From NCBI GenBank assembly GCA_964621135.1, contig CAZULD010000002.1, positions 1 to 36,591 on the forward strand: a stretch of DNA of 36,591 nt, written 5' to 3'. How positions within the stretch are numbered: position 1 is the first letter of the stretch; every line of letters starts with the position of its first letter. The notes under the pieces were generated by a model. The model worked only from the letters and a program-made list of their open reading frames with translations. It was not told the origin of the DNA and searched no databases. The position numbers and the translations under genes were made by a program. This document shows, in pieces, positions 24,853 to 34,225 of the stretch. This DNA is from an uncultured Bacteroides sp. Its GTDB lineage: Bacteria > Bacteroidota > Bacteroidia > Bacteroidales > Muribaculaceae.

Positions 24853-25590
24853 ATGCAACGATACTTTCGCAAGATAGCTCTGATTGTCCTTGCCCTCACA
24901 GCCTTAACGGCTACAGCGGCAAACGAATCGCTCTACGACCGCACAGCGGCCAAGGCTGCACGTTTCTTTGAAGCCCGCGAGTGGGCCAGTGCGCAAGCTC
25001 TCTACGGGCTGATGCTCGACGAACGTCCTGACTCGCTCTCAACCTACGTTCATGCCATCGTCGCTTCGTCCCTCTTGGGTCATGAACAGACGGCTGCCCG
25101 TCTGCTCACTGACGCGATGACCGCCGGCATAAGTTTTACAGGCCTGATGCAGGGCGTGAAGACTGTATCTTTCAAAGTCGGTGAGGCCGATGTTTATGAA
25201 GAATTTCTGCTCAGATCCCAGCGCGACTGCCCGTGGCTCGAACGAGCTATAGACGCCGAGTTGCTATCGTATTATAAATTCCGCGATAACGGCCCTCTGA
25301 CCGTAGCTTATGCCGAAAAGATGCTCGCCGGGCTGCCCGGATCAGCCCGTTACCTCGCAGATCTCGCTGACGGCTATACAACCGAAGCCGATTTCGGCAA
25401 AGCCGTAGAAGCCTGGGAAAAAATTCTTGAAGGCAATCCGCGCGATTATCTCGCCTTGCTCCACCTCGGCAATTACTACGCCATTACGGGAGACAATAAC
25501 CGCGCGGCAGGATATCTCTCCCGCGCTTTCGAAATTAAGCAGACGCCCTATGTAGCACAACGTCTGGCCGATTTACGGCGTGAACAATAA
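24853..25590 (+). CDS. Secreted tetratricopeptide-repeat protein
   Basis: Signal peptide; A--AWEKIL--NP-D--AL--LGNYY---GD---A--YL-RA TPR pattern. Confidence 0.8.
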   Translation: MQRYFRKIALIVLALTALTATAANESLYDRTAAKAARFFEAREWASAQALYGLMLDERPDSLSTYVHAIVASSLLGHEQTAARLLTDAMTAGISFTGLMQGVKTVSFKVGEADVYEEFLLRSQRDCPWLERAIDAELLSYYKFRDNGPLTVAYAEKMLAGLPGSARYLADLADGYTTEADFGKAVEAWEKILEGNPRDYLALLHLGNYYAITGDNNRAAGYLSRAFEIKQTPYVAQRLADLRREQ

Positions 25591-25636
25591 ATCCGTCCTT
25601 TGAGTCGCAGAGGTCGCAATTTAAATAAAAAATATG

Positions 25637-25644
25637 TAAATTTG
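25637..25644 (+). promoter_or_regulatory. -7 element for the propeller-esterase-permease operon
   Basis: TAAATTTG(CG) about 30 nt before ATG 25676. Confidence 0.6.
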
Positions 25645-25675
25645 CGGCTTAAACGATTTAATCCGGTTGGAAACA

Positions 25676-27256
25676 ATGTTTTTCAGGATCACCTTACCAA
25701 TTCTCGCAACACTTTCAATAGCCTTCACAGCTTGCTCCGGGAGGGCAACTACGGATAACTCTAACGCTGCCGATTCGGTCTTTACCGACACGGTCGCTGT
25801 GGTTGCTCCTCCTGAAATGTTACCTGACACGGTCTATCCGTCGGCCTCGGTTGTAAAATATAGTATAACCGTGGTTGATTCTCTTGTTGACGGACGGCTT
25901 GATTCAACAGCCGATATTTATTCAGATGCTCCCGGTATGCTCACTTTCCGTGGCGACGGCTTCCGCTCTCGGTGTACAGGACGAGTCTCGGGCGAGCCGA
26001 CTGAGTTTGTCGTAGACTGGAGTTTCGAGACCAATGAAGATCTCACCGAGACCGGTTATGGTAAATGGGGTGGCGGTACGGGCTGGACCGGTCAACCTGT
26101 CTGTGTAGAGTGGCCTGATTCTATAGCCGCGCGCTTCCGTTCTCTCGGACTTGTCGACCGATCGTTTTCCGGTCGGGAGGTGATGGTCGGATCACTTTGC
26201 CGCAAGGTCTATTTTATTGATTTTATTTCAGGTGAGCCGACGCGTCAGCCGATCAATGTAGGCAATCCGGTCAAAGGATCGATGTCGCTTGATCCGACGC
26301 TCAACGGTAACTTGTATTTCGGTCAAGGTGTGCCTGCCGAAAGACCGTTTGGAGCAGGAGTGATTGACTTATGGCGCGATACGGTGACCCAATTCACCCC
26401 GGAAGATCACGACGCTTGGCGCGGTTGGAACGCTTACGACGCTTCGCCGCTGAGGGTAGGGCAATTTTTGTTCCGTGTTGGCGAAAACGGAACCCTCTAC
26501 AAATATACAGTTGCTCCCGGCCGACTTAATTTGCATTCCACGCTACGATATAAAGTCGGTGGAGTTTCTCCGGGTATAGAAGCATCGATGAGTCGCTGGC
26601 TTAACCGCGGCTATCTCGCTGACAATCATGGCAACATCATTTGCGTCGACCTTAACACGCTTCAGCCCGTATGGCACTTTGCTATGGGCGATGACACAGA
26701 TTGCACTCCCGTAATGGCCAAAGAAGCTGACGGCACATATATTTATGTGGGGGCGGAGGTCGACCGTCGGCCTGAAGGTCCGGCTGTCTTCGTCAAACTC
26801 AACGCTCTCGACGGTTCTCTTGTATGGCGGCAGGAGTTCGAAGCTGTGCGTCGCGACACAGAGACCAAACACTTTGACGGAGGTTTTTATGCCACGTCGC
26901 TGCTCGGTTCAGCCAACTGCAGCAATCTTGTCTACGATTCTTGTGTGCGGAACGCCAGTGGTCGTCCGAATGGTAGTTTCGTGGCGATGGATCGTGCGAC
27001 AGGCAGCGTAGTCTATACAGTCGATATGCCTCACTACGGCTGGATGTCGTCAGTGGGCTTCGTCAGTGACAATGGTCGTTTTTATGTTGTCCTTGGCAAC
27101 AGTGCAGGTGATTTGATGTTACTCGATGGTGCAGACGGCCGCATTATAACGCAAAAAAGAATCGGCGCAAACTTCGAATCTTCGCCGGCTGTCAGCGGTA
27201 GTTCGCTCGTTGTGGGTTCTCGCGGCAAATTCATCTACAAAGTGTCCCTGAAATGA
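25676..27256 (+). CDS. PQQ-like/BamB-like beta-propeller lipoprotein
   Basis: Lipobox AFTAC; TFRG, WGG-GWTGQP, KGS-S-DP, D-D-TP, LNA-DG--VW, ESSPAV----LVVGSRG. Confidence 0.75.
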   Translation: MFFRITLPILATLSIAFTACSGRATTDNSNAADSVFTDTVAVVAPPEMLPDTVYPSASVVKYSITVVDSLVDGRLDSTADIYSDAPGMLTFRGDGFRSRCTGRVSGEPTEFVVDWSFETNEDLTETGYGKWGGGTGWTGQPVCVEWPDSIAARFRSLGLVDRSFSGREVMVGSLCRKVYFIDFISGEPTRQPINVGNPVKGSMSLDPTLNGNLYFGQGVPAERPFGAGVIDLWRDTVTQFTPEDHDAWRGWNAYDASPLRVGQFLFRVGENGTLYKYTVAPGRLNLHSTLRYKVGGVSPGIEASMSRWLNRGYLADNHGNIICVDLNTLQPVWHFAMGDDTDCTPVMAKEADGTYIYVGAEVDRRPEGPAVFVKLNALDGSLVWRQEFEAVRRDTETKHFDGGFYATSLLGSANCSNLVYDSCVRNASGRPNGSFVAMDRATGSVVYTVDMPHYGWMSSVGFVSDNGRFYVVLGNSAGDLMLLDGADGRIITQKRIGANFESSPAVSGSSLVVGSRGKFIYKVSLK

Positions 27257-28134
27257 AACGTATTATCCCCATACTCCTGATTACACTTACACTGACGGCC
27301 AATATCGCCGCGAAGGTGACATCGCATAAAGGCGAAGTCGCCGGCTCGTATAATTTTCTGTTCAGCACGCCGGATGGTGTTGACTCTCAAAGCAAAGCAC
27401 TGTCTGACAGCGTTGTTGGCGATAGTGTTGTTGCCGACAGCCGTCCGCTCGTAATTTTTCTCCACGGATCGAGTCTGTGTGGGAATAATCTTGACCGCGT
27501 GCGCCGTTATGGTACGATCGACGCCATCGAGAAGGGACGCAAGCTCGACGCATTCGTGCTCGCTCCGCAGAATCCAGGTGGTGCTTGGCGTCCCGAAAAG
27601 GTGATGAAACTCGTCGACTGGGCGCGTGACCACTATCCTGTCGACACGACGCGCATCTATGTCATCGGTATGAGTCTCGGTGGCTACGGGACGCTCGATT
27701 TCACCGCCGCTTATCCCGATAAGGTGGCCGCGGCAGCTGCATTCTGCGGTGGATCGACGGCTTCGCCCGAACGGATTGCGGCTCTCAACGATGTGCCGTT
27801 GTGGATTGTCCACGGCATTGCTGACCGCGCTATATCTATAAAGGAGAGCGACCGGGTCGCCAACACTATGAAGGCTACAGACTCGCTGACTTCACGCCTT
27901 TCATACGACCGAGTTCCGGGTATGAATCACGCCCGTCCGGCACGCCTGTTGTATCTACCTGAGACCTACGACTGGCTTTTCAACCACTCGCTCAACGACT
28001 CGGCGCGCACTTTGAAGCCAACTCCCGAAGTGTCCGACGCTCTGCTCCGCACGGCCTACCGCGGACTGAAAAATACGGGTACGCGGCGGACGAAGAAAGC
28101 TAAGACAACCACGTCGAAATCAAAAACAAAATGA
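27253..28134 (+). CDS. Secreted alpha/beta-hydrolase (carboxylesterase/phospholipase or peptidase S9-like) with a basic tail
   Basis: PLVIFLHG, APQ, RIYVIGMSLGGYGT (GxSxG), W-VHG-AD, NH. Confidence 0.88.
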   Translation: MKRIIPILLITLTLTANIAAKVTSHKGEVAGSYNFLFSTPDGVDSQSKALSDSVVGDSVVADSRPLVIFLHGSSLCGNNLDRVRRYGTIDAIEKGRKLDAFVLAPQNPGGAWRPEKVMKLVDWARDHYPVDTTRIYVIGMSLGGYGTLDFTAAYPDKVAAAAAFCGGSTASPERIAALNDVPLWIVHGIADRAISIKESDRVANTMKATDSLTSRLSYDRVPGMNHARPARLLYLPETYDWLFNHSLNDSARTLKPTPEVSDALLRTAYRGLKNTGTRRTKKAKTTTSKSKTK

Positions 28135-28155
28135 AAATATTCGTTAGCCTGAGTT

Positions 28156-29547
28156 ATGTTGTCCAATAATAAACTTGGTTTCTGGGGGCTGACCGCACTT
28201 GTGTTCGGTCTGATGGTCGGTGTCGGCATTTTCAATCTCCCGCAGAACATGGCTTCCGTAGCCTCTCCCGGGGCTGTGGCCATAGCGTGGCTTGTGACCG
28301 GCGCAGGCATTCTGCCCCTTGTCATGGCCTTCAAATGGCTGAGCGACCACTATCCCCAGTATAATGCAGGGGTTTACCAGTACGCTCAGGCCGGCTTCGG
28401 AAATCTTGCAGGCTTTCTTATCGCGTGGGGTTACTGGCTCTGCACTGCGTTTTCGAATGTTGCTTACGGTGTCATGCTCAACGATTCGGTCGGAGCAGTC
28501 TTCCCGGTACTGCTGACTCACGGATGGCCAACGGTAGTATTTGGTTCGGCTCTGATCTGGCTGATGTATGCTATAGTTGTGAGCGGGCTTCGTACGGCTA
28601 AGTTCATTAACAATCTTCTGGCTGTGGTCAAGGTAGTGATGATCGTTTTTATAATATTCATCTTTGCGCTCGGTTTCCGTCTGGATCTATTTGACATGCA
28701 GCTTTGGGGTGACGCAGCCATGACGTCGGACATTCTCGGTCAGGTACGTTCGACTATGATGATCACTCTCTTCTGTTTCTTCGGGGTCGAGGGTGCAGTG
28801 ATGATGTCGGCCCGCGCACGTCGTCCGTCGGATGTCGGCAAAGCAGGTTTTGCAGGTTTTGCCATTGCGCTTGTCCTTTATCTCGCCGTGTCGCTCCTCT
28901 GCTTCGGTCTGATGACCCGTGCGCAGCTTACCGACTTACCAAATCCGTCGATCACCTATATTCTGCTCGATCTCTGCGGGCCGTGGGCTTACTGGATGGT
29001 GATCAGCGCGATCATCATAGCTCTGCTGGGCGGATGGGTGTCGTGGACACTCGTTGTAGCTCAGGTTCCCTATGAAGCTGCAAAGGTCGACATATTGCCG
29101 CCCGTGTTCAAGAAAGTAAACCGTCACGGCATGCCCGCTTTCGGACTGTTCGCGTCAAGCGTGGTGATGGAACTCTTTCTGGTGATGGTAACCATGGCCG
29201 ACGACATCTATCTCGCCTCGCTCCGCATAACCGGCCTAATGGTTATTCCCTGCTATCTGTTTACGGGGCTTTTTCTCTACAAGGTTGCTGACGGTGTGAA
29301 AATCCGTTGTATCGCAGTGATTACCATTGTCTTTTGTCTTTGGATGGCTTATGCGGGTGGATTGGTGGATATGTTTATGACATCGGTCTTCTATCTGGCA
29401 GGTATAGGATTCTACCTTCGTGCTCGCCGCGACAATTTTCCCGCTGACCGACAGATGTTCACGCGCCCTGAGAAATATGTCCTCCTGGCCCTTTCGATCG
29501 CGTCTCTGGTGACGATCGGACTGCTGATCGGGCAGATAATCGGTTGA
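28156..29547 (+). CDS. APC-family basic amino acid/polyamine antiporter (ArcD-like)
   Basis: KLG-W-L-ALV---MVG-GIFNLPQNMA, G-Y-YA--GFG---GF--AWGYW, F-GVEGA, GGW-SWT; about 12 hydrophobic segments. Confidence 0.9.
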   Translation: MLSNNKLGFWGLTALVFGLMVGVGIFNLPQNMASVASPGAVAIAWLVTGAGILPLVMAFKWLSDHYPQYNAGVYQYAQAGFGNLAGFLIAWGYWLCTAFSNVAYGVMLNDSVGAVFPVLLTHGWPTVVFGSALIWLMYAIVVSGLRTAKFINNLLAVVKVVMIVFIIFIFALGFRLDLFDMQLWGDAAMTSDILGQVRSTMMITLFCFFGVEGAVMMSARARRPSDVGKAGFAGFAIALVLYLAVSLLCFGLMTRAQLTDLPNPSITYILLDLCGPWAYWMVISAIIIALLGGWVSWTLVVAQVPYEAAKVDILPPVFKKVNRHGMPAFGLFASSVVMELFLVMVTMADDIYLASLRITGLMVIPCYLFTGLFLYKVADGVKIRCIAVITIVFCLWMAYAGGLVDMFMTSVFYLAGIGFYLRARRDNFPADRQMFTRPEKYVLLALSIASLVTIGLLIGQIIG

Positions 29548-29566
29548 CGCTGTCGGAAAAAAGCGT

Positions 29567-29574
29567 TAACTTTG
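29567..29574 (+). promoter_or_regulatory. -7 element for HAD-ribF
   Basis: TAACTTTG(CG) 34 nt before ATG 29609. Confidence 0.65.
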
Positions 29575-29608
29575 CGGTGAAAATAGTTAATAAATCACTC
29601 ACTTTACT

Positions 29609-30229
29609 ATGATAAAGAATCTGCTCTTCGATCTCGGAGGTGTCATAATGGATATAGAGAAGGATCGCTGTGTGCATGCTTTCGAACGCCTCGGTCTCCC
29701 CGATGCACCGTCGTATTTCGGAGAATATTCACAGAAAGGCCCCTTTATGCTGATAGAGGAGGGGGCTATATCGACTGACGATTTCCACCGCGAATTGCGC
29801 CGCGACATCGGCCGCGATGTTACCGACGCTGAGATAGATGCGGCGTTCTGTCAGTTTCTGATCGGTATACCGTCTCACCGTCTGGCCGAACTTCGCCGTC
29901 TGCGTGAGCATTACCGGATTTATCTTCTGAGCAATACCAATATAATAATGTGGGAGTCAAAAATCAAGGATGAATTCACTCACGAGGGCAAGACTCGCGA
30001 GGACTATTTCGACGGTATCGTCACGTCGTTCGATGCGCGCGCGTTGAAGCCTGCTGAAAAGATATTCCGTTACGCTGAAGAGACACTTGGCATCAAGCCT
30101 TCGGAGACGCTTTTCCTTGATGACTCGCAGCGTAATCTCGACGCGGCAGCCGCTCTGGGCTTTCATACGCTGCTTGTTCCTCCCGGTTCGGAATTCATTG
30201 ACTTACTCGCGCGGATGGATATCCGATGA
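29609..30229 (+). CDS. HAD-family phosphatase (YihX-like)
   Basis: LLFDLGGVI, LLSNTN, KP---IF, TLFLDDS--N--AA--LG. Confidence 0.93.
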   Translation: MIKNLLFDLGGVIMDIEKDRCVHAFERLGLPDAPSYFGEYSQKGPFMLIEEGAISTDDFHRELRRDIGRDVTDAEIDAAFCQFLIGIPSHRLAELRRLREHYRIYLLSNTNIIMWESKIKDEFTHEGKTREDYFDGIVTSFDARALKPAEKIFRYAEETLGIKPSETLFLDDSQRNLDAAAALGFHTLLVPPGSEFIDLLARMDIR

Positions 30230-31125
30230 ACAGTCAGAAGACCATAGCGACTGTCGGAATGTTCGACGGTGTTCACCGCGGACACCGCGATTTGCTCAGA
30301 CGTCTTTCCGAGGAAGGCGCCGTGCGCGGACTTGCACCGGCCGTTATAACCTTCGATGCTCACCCGCTCGCGCTGATTGCTCCCGAGAAAGCACCCTTGT
30401 CACTGATGACCGTTGATGATAAAGTGGCCGCCATTCGTGCTGAAGGGGTCGACCGTGTCGACGTGCTCAAGTTCGACAATGCGCTCCGGGCTCTGACCGC
30501 AGAGCAGTTTATGGAGCGTCTGCGCGACCATTATGATGTCGAAGCACTGTTGCTTGGGTTCAATCACCGCTTTGGAAGCGATCGTATCGATGACATAGCC
30601 CATTATCAAGCAATAGGTCGGAAACTCGGTATGGAAGTGATACGGGCAGATGAACTTAACGATCCCTCGTCGCCCGGTCTATGCAGCTCGTCGATACGAC
30701 AGGCTCTGGTTGAAGGCGACATTGCTACGGCAAATGCGATGCTTGGCCGGCCTTATCGTCTGGTAGGGCGCGTTGTGTCGGGCCACCGTCTCGGACGCAC
30801 GATCGGCTTCCCGACAGCCAATATTGTTGCGGTCGATTCCCGCCAGTTGATCCCGGCCAACGGAGTCTATGCGGCCGACGTCATACTTACTTCCGGCGAA
30901 CGTGTGCGCGCGATGGTCAATATCGGAGTTCGTCCGACAGTCGACACTTCTGCCAACCCAGTGGTGTCTATCGAAGTTCATCTCATCGACTGGAGCGGCG
31001 ATCTCTATGGCGCGACGTTGGCCGTCGACTTCCTCGCCCGCCTCCGCTCCGAAATGCGCTTCCCATCCCTCGCCGCCCTCCGCACCCAACTCATCGCCGA
31101 CCGTCTGTCCGCTAAGAGTTGGTAA
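30226..31125 (+). CDS. ribF: Bifunctional riboflavin kinase/FAD synthetase
   Basis: TVGMFDGVHRGH, TF--HP, G-NHRFG, SSS-IR, GRTIGFPTAN, P--GVYA, NIG-RPT, E-H--D, R-E--F. Confidence 0.97.
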   Translation: MNSQKTIATVGMFDGVHRGHRDLLRRLSEEGAVRGLAPAVITFDAHPLALIAPEKAPLSLMTVDDKVAAIRAEGVDRVDVLKFDNALRALTAEQFMERLRDHYDVEALLLGFNHRFGSDRIDDIAHYQAIGRKLGMEVIRADELNDPSSPGLCSSSIRQALVEGDIATANAMLGRPYRLVGRVVSGHRLGRTIGFPTANIVAVDSRQLIPANGVYAADVILTSGERVRAMVNIGVRPTVDTSANPVVSIEVHLIDWSGDLYGATLAVDFLARLRSEMRFPSLAALRTQLIADRLSAKSW

Positions 31126-31155
31126 TGGATCATTTATGACATCGGAGCAAATTTA

Positions 31156-31187
31156 TTTGTATATTAGGTTTTATTTGCCTACTTTTG
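31156..31187 (+). promoter_or_regulatory. Full sigma-A promoter for the capD-like gene
   Basis: TTTG (31156-31159), 20-nt spacer, TACTTTTG (31180-31187). Confidence 0.75.
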
Positions 31188-31391
31188 CATGTGGAATATC
31201 ATATGTTCCCCTCATCCGGCCGTTATCAAATAATTAAGAGGAGTATAAATTTATGCCAAAACACAGTTCATCGGTCTGTCGACCCGAAGCATGCCGAATC
31301 CCTGTTTCCGCCGGGGCTGTGTTATTTGTTTTCAGCCTGATCTGTACTATCCCCTCGTCCTTTATCTATTAAACTCTCTTCTTTCAGAATA

Positions 31392-33308
31392 ATGAAATCG
31401 ATATCTAATCTCGCCCATTGGTACTTCTCGCGCCGTGCCCTTCCTTACTGGAGTATTCTCCTTATGGATTGTGCGTTCCTGATTCTTGCAGGGATGCTTT
31501 CGTTCACGATAAATCACGGTGCGAATGCCACAGTGCAGTTGTTCTATCCCCTCTTAGGGTCTATACTTATATACGTTCTGCTCTTTGTGGTAAGTTTCCG
31601 TATATTCCGCACATACACGGGTGTGGTCAGATTTTCGTCGTTCTTTGACCTGCGCAGGGTCGCAGTGGCGGTTATCGTCGGTATGGCGCTGGCGGTCATA
31701 GCACAGTTTGTGTTCGCTGCTTTAGGCTACAAAGTTCCGCTTGAGATCACCGATGTTCTGCTGATGGGAGTGCTGACGATCACCTTGATGTGGTCGATGC
31801 GCATTTGGGTAAAGGCCCTCTACGACGGCACTATCCAGACCGACAAGAAGACCAACGTATTTATCTACGGTGTGCGTCAGGGCGGTGTGGCTCTGGCTAA
31901 GAGCATCAACTCGCGCTCGGATTCGCCCTTCCGCATCGCGGGTTTCATATCTGACTGCGACGATGTGGTGAAGATGGAACTGATGGGTGTGAAGATTTAT
32001 CCCAATGATGACAAAGTTATTGACGTGATGAAGTCAAAGCACGCCGATACACTACTGATTTCGCCTCTCAAGGCTGACCGCTTCCGCAGGGATCAGGATA
32101 TGATAGACCGTCTTATCGACAATCAGATCGAAATACTGATGTTCCCGCGCTATCAGGTGTGGGACGGCAAGAGCGAGCTGCATACCAATCAGCTTAAATC
32201 GGTCAACGCCGAGGATCTGCTGCCGCGTGACAAAATCGAAATCGACATGCACGCCGCCGCCGACCTTCTCACGGGGCGCCGTATACTGATTACAGGCGCC
32301 GCAGGCAGTATCGGATCGGAAATGGTACGTCAGATTGCCCAATATGATCCGGCTGAGCTCATTCTCGTAGACCAGGCCGAGACTCCAATGCATGATATCC
32401 GCCTGATGATGGCCAAACGCTGGCCCGGGATCAAGGCTCACTGCATCGTGGCCGATATTGCCAATCAGCACCGAATGGAACTTATCTTCAACGAGCATCG
32501 TCCGGAATACGTGTTCCATGCGGCTGCCTACAAGCATGTGCCGATGATGGAGGATAACCCCTACGAAAGTATTGAGAATAATGTCAACGGCACATGTATC
32601 ATAGCTGATCTCGCCGTGAAATACGAGACCAAAAAATTTGTGATGGTCTCAACTGATAAGGCGGTCAATCCGACCAACGTGATGGGCTGTTCGAAGCGTA
32701 TCTGCGAGATTTATGTGCAGTCGCTCGACAAGGCTATCAAGGAGGGCAAGGTGAAGGGTATAACTCAGTTTGTAACGACGCGTTTCGGTAACGTGCTGGG
32801 TTCTAACGGTTCGGTTATTCCTCTGTTCAAGGAGCAGATAAAGAACGGCGGCCCGCTGACAGTGACGCATCCCGATATCATCCGTTTCTTCATGTTGATT
32901 CCCGAAGCGTGCAAGCTCGTGATCGAAGCCGGCACGATGGGTAACGGCGGCGAGATCTATGTATTCGACATGGGTGAGCCGGTGCGCATTGCCGATCTTG
33001 CCGAACGTATGATCAAACTCAGCGGCGCCGAAGGAATAAAGATTGAATACACTGGTCTGCGCGACGGTGAGAAACTCTATGAAGAGGTGCTCAACGACGC
33101 TGAAATCACTCTCCCGACCTTCCACCCGAAGATCAAGATTGCCAAGGTTCGCGAATATGACTACGATGTGATCCGCCTCGATATAGCAGATCTGATCGCT
33201 AAGGCTGCGTCAGGCAACGATATGGTAATCGTGGCCAAGATGAAGAATATAGTCGGCGAATTTAAGAGCCAGCACTCGCGCTTCGAAATTCTCGATAAGA
33301 AAAATTGA
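31392..33308 (+). CDS. capD: Membrane-anchored nucleoside-diphosphate-sugar 4,6-dehydratase (CapD/PglF/WbpM family)
   Basis: Four N-terminal TM segments; EDLL-R, ITGAAGSIGSE, FHAAAYKHVP, STDKAVNPTNVMG-SKR, RFGNVLGSNGSV, GLR-GEKLYEE. Confidence 0.93.
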   Translation: MKSISNLAHWYFSRRALPYWSILLMDCAFLILAGMLSFTINHGANATVQLFYPLLGSILIYVLLFVVSFRIFRTYTGVVRFSSFFDLRRVAVAVIVGMALAVIAQFVFAALGYKVPLEITDVLLMGVLTITLMWSMRIWVKALYDGTIQTDKKTNVFIYGVRQGGVALAKSINSRSDSPFRIAGFISDCDDVVKMELMGVKIYPNDDKVIDVMKSKHADTLLISPLKADRFRRDQDMIDRLIDNQIEILMFPRYQVWDGKSELHTNQLKSVNAEDLLPRDKIEIDMHAAADLLTGRRILITGAAGSIGSEMVRQIAQYDPAELILVDQAETPMHDIRLMMAKRWPGIKAHCIVADIANQHRMELIFNEHRPEYVFHAAAYKHVPMMEDNPYESIENNVNGTCIIADLAVKYETKKFVMVSTDKAVNPTNVMGCSKRICEIYVQSLDKAIKEGKVKGITQFVTTRFGNVLGSNGSVIPLFKEQIKNGGPLTVTHPDIIRFFMLIPEACKLVIEAGTMGNGGEIYVFDMGEPVRIADLAERMIKLSGAEGIKIEYTGLRDGEKLYEEVLNDAEITLPTFHPKIKIAKVREYDYDVIRLDIADLIAKAASGNDMVIVAKMKNIVGEFKSQHSRFEILDKKN

Positions 33309-33334
33309 TAGGCCGGCTGCTTTAGCGGGCCGGG

Positions 33335-34126
33335 TTACTCGCCTTCGTAAGATCTGAGGTAGATCCAGTTGTCGGGAGCAGAGGGAGCATCGGTGCGCTT
33401 GACGAATTGGCCTTTGCGACCGTGGAACTTCTCTGTTTCATAGAAATGACACATGCCGATGGCTGTGTCGAGAATCGATGCCGGACTCTTGGGCACATAA
33501 TAGAAGTGGACGGTATTCCCGCTGACCAATGCGCGCCAGGGCTGGGAGTTTTTAGATGAAGGCGCGATTCGGACCATTTCCAGAGCTTCACGATAGCGGT
33601 TGTCGGCGCTGACGCTATGTTTGAAATCGTCTTCGAAGAAAAGGTCGTCGAAGGGCTTGCGGTTATTGCTTCCAAGCGTCATGCGGGCGAATTTCTCCAT
33701 CATAGAAGTCTTCGCAGCTACGCCTACCGGGCAGATTATTTTCAGTTCCTCGCCGTCAGGCCACGCTTCACCCCGGTCGAAGTCCGAGCCTTTGAAGGTA
33801 GCGGCGATCCAGCAGGCGCCCATACCGGCCTCCCATGCGCGCAACACAACCTGTTCGAACTTAAATCCGGCCGTCAGAGCCGAATCTTCATTATCAGCGA
33901 TGCCGAGCAGAAAGAAGTCCTCGGCGCCTCTGATCATGCCGTAGGTGCTCGGGCGGTAACCTTCTTTCAGATCAAATTTCTTCAGTTTTATAGTGACACT
34001 CCCGCCGAACGGACTCCACGAGTCTTCGATGGCCTTCATAAGTGTGTCTCGCTGTTGGTCGGTAAGACCCGCGCCGTTGAAGCTGCGCACGGATCTGCGC
34101 TCTTTCATCGCTTCTATGATATTCAT
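33335..34126 (-). CDS. Nitroreductase-family protein (two domains)
   Basis: RRSVRSF, TYG-I-GA, E--VL-A---G-G-CW, RK----LF, R-APS--N-QPW, D--I---HF. Confidence 0.92.
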   Translation of the reverse strand: MNIIEAMKERRSVRSFNGAGLTDQQRDTLMKAIEDSWSPFGGSVTIKLKKFDLKEGYRPSTYGMIRGAEDFFLLGIADNEDSALTAGFKFEQVVLRAWEAGMGACWIAATFKGSDFDRGEAWPDGEELKIICPVGVAAKTSMMEKFARMTLGSNNRKPFDDLFFEDDFKHSVSADNRYREALEMVRIAPSSKNSQPWRALVSGNTVHFYYVPKSPASILDTAIGMCHFYETEKFHGRKGQFVKRTDAPSAPDNWIYLRSYEGE

Positions 34127-34183
34127 AAATTGTCTAATTTAATATTTTATAATATCAACGATAGTAGCCTCGGAATTGTTTGT

Positions 34184-34191
34184 TAATTTTG
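34184..34191 (+). promoter_or_regulatory. -7 element for the P-type ATPase
   Basis: TAATTTTG 34 nt before ATG 34226. Confidence 0.55.
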
Positions 34192-34225
34192 TAGAGCAAA
34201 AATATCCCGTCTACATAATTAACAC

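Noticed and set aside
33313-33333. Hairpin between the convergent capD-like and nitroreductase genes
   Set aside because: Short imperfect stem without a T tract; too weak to call a terminator
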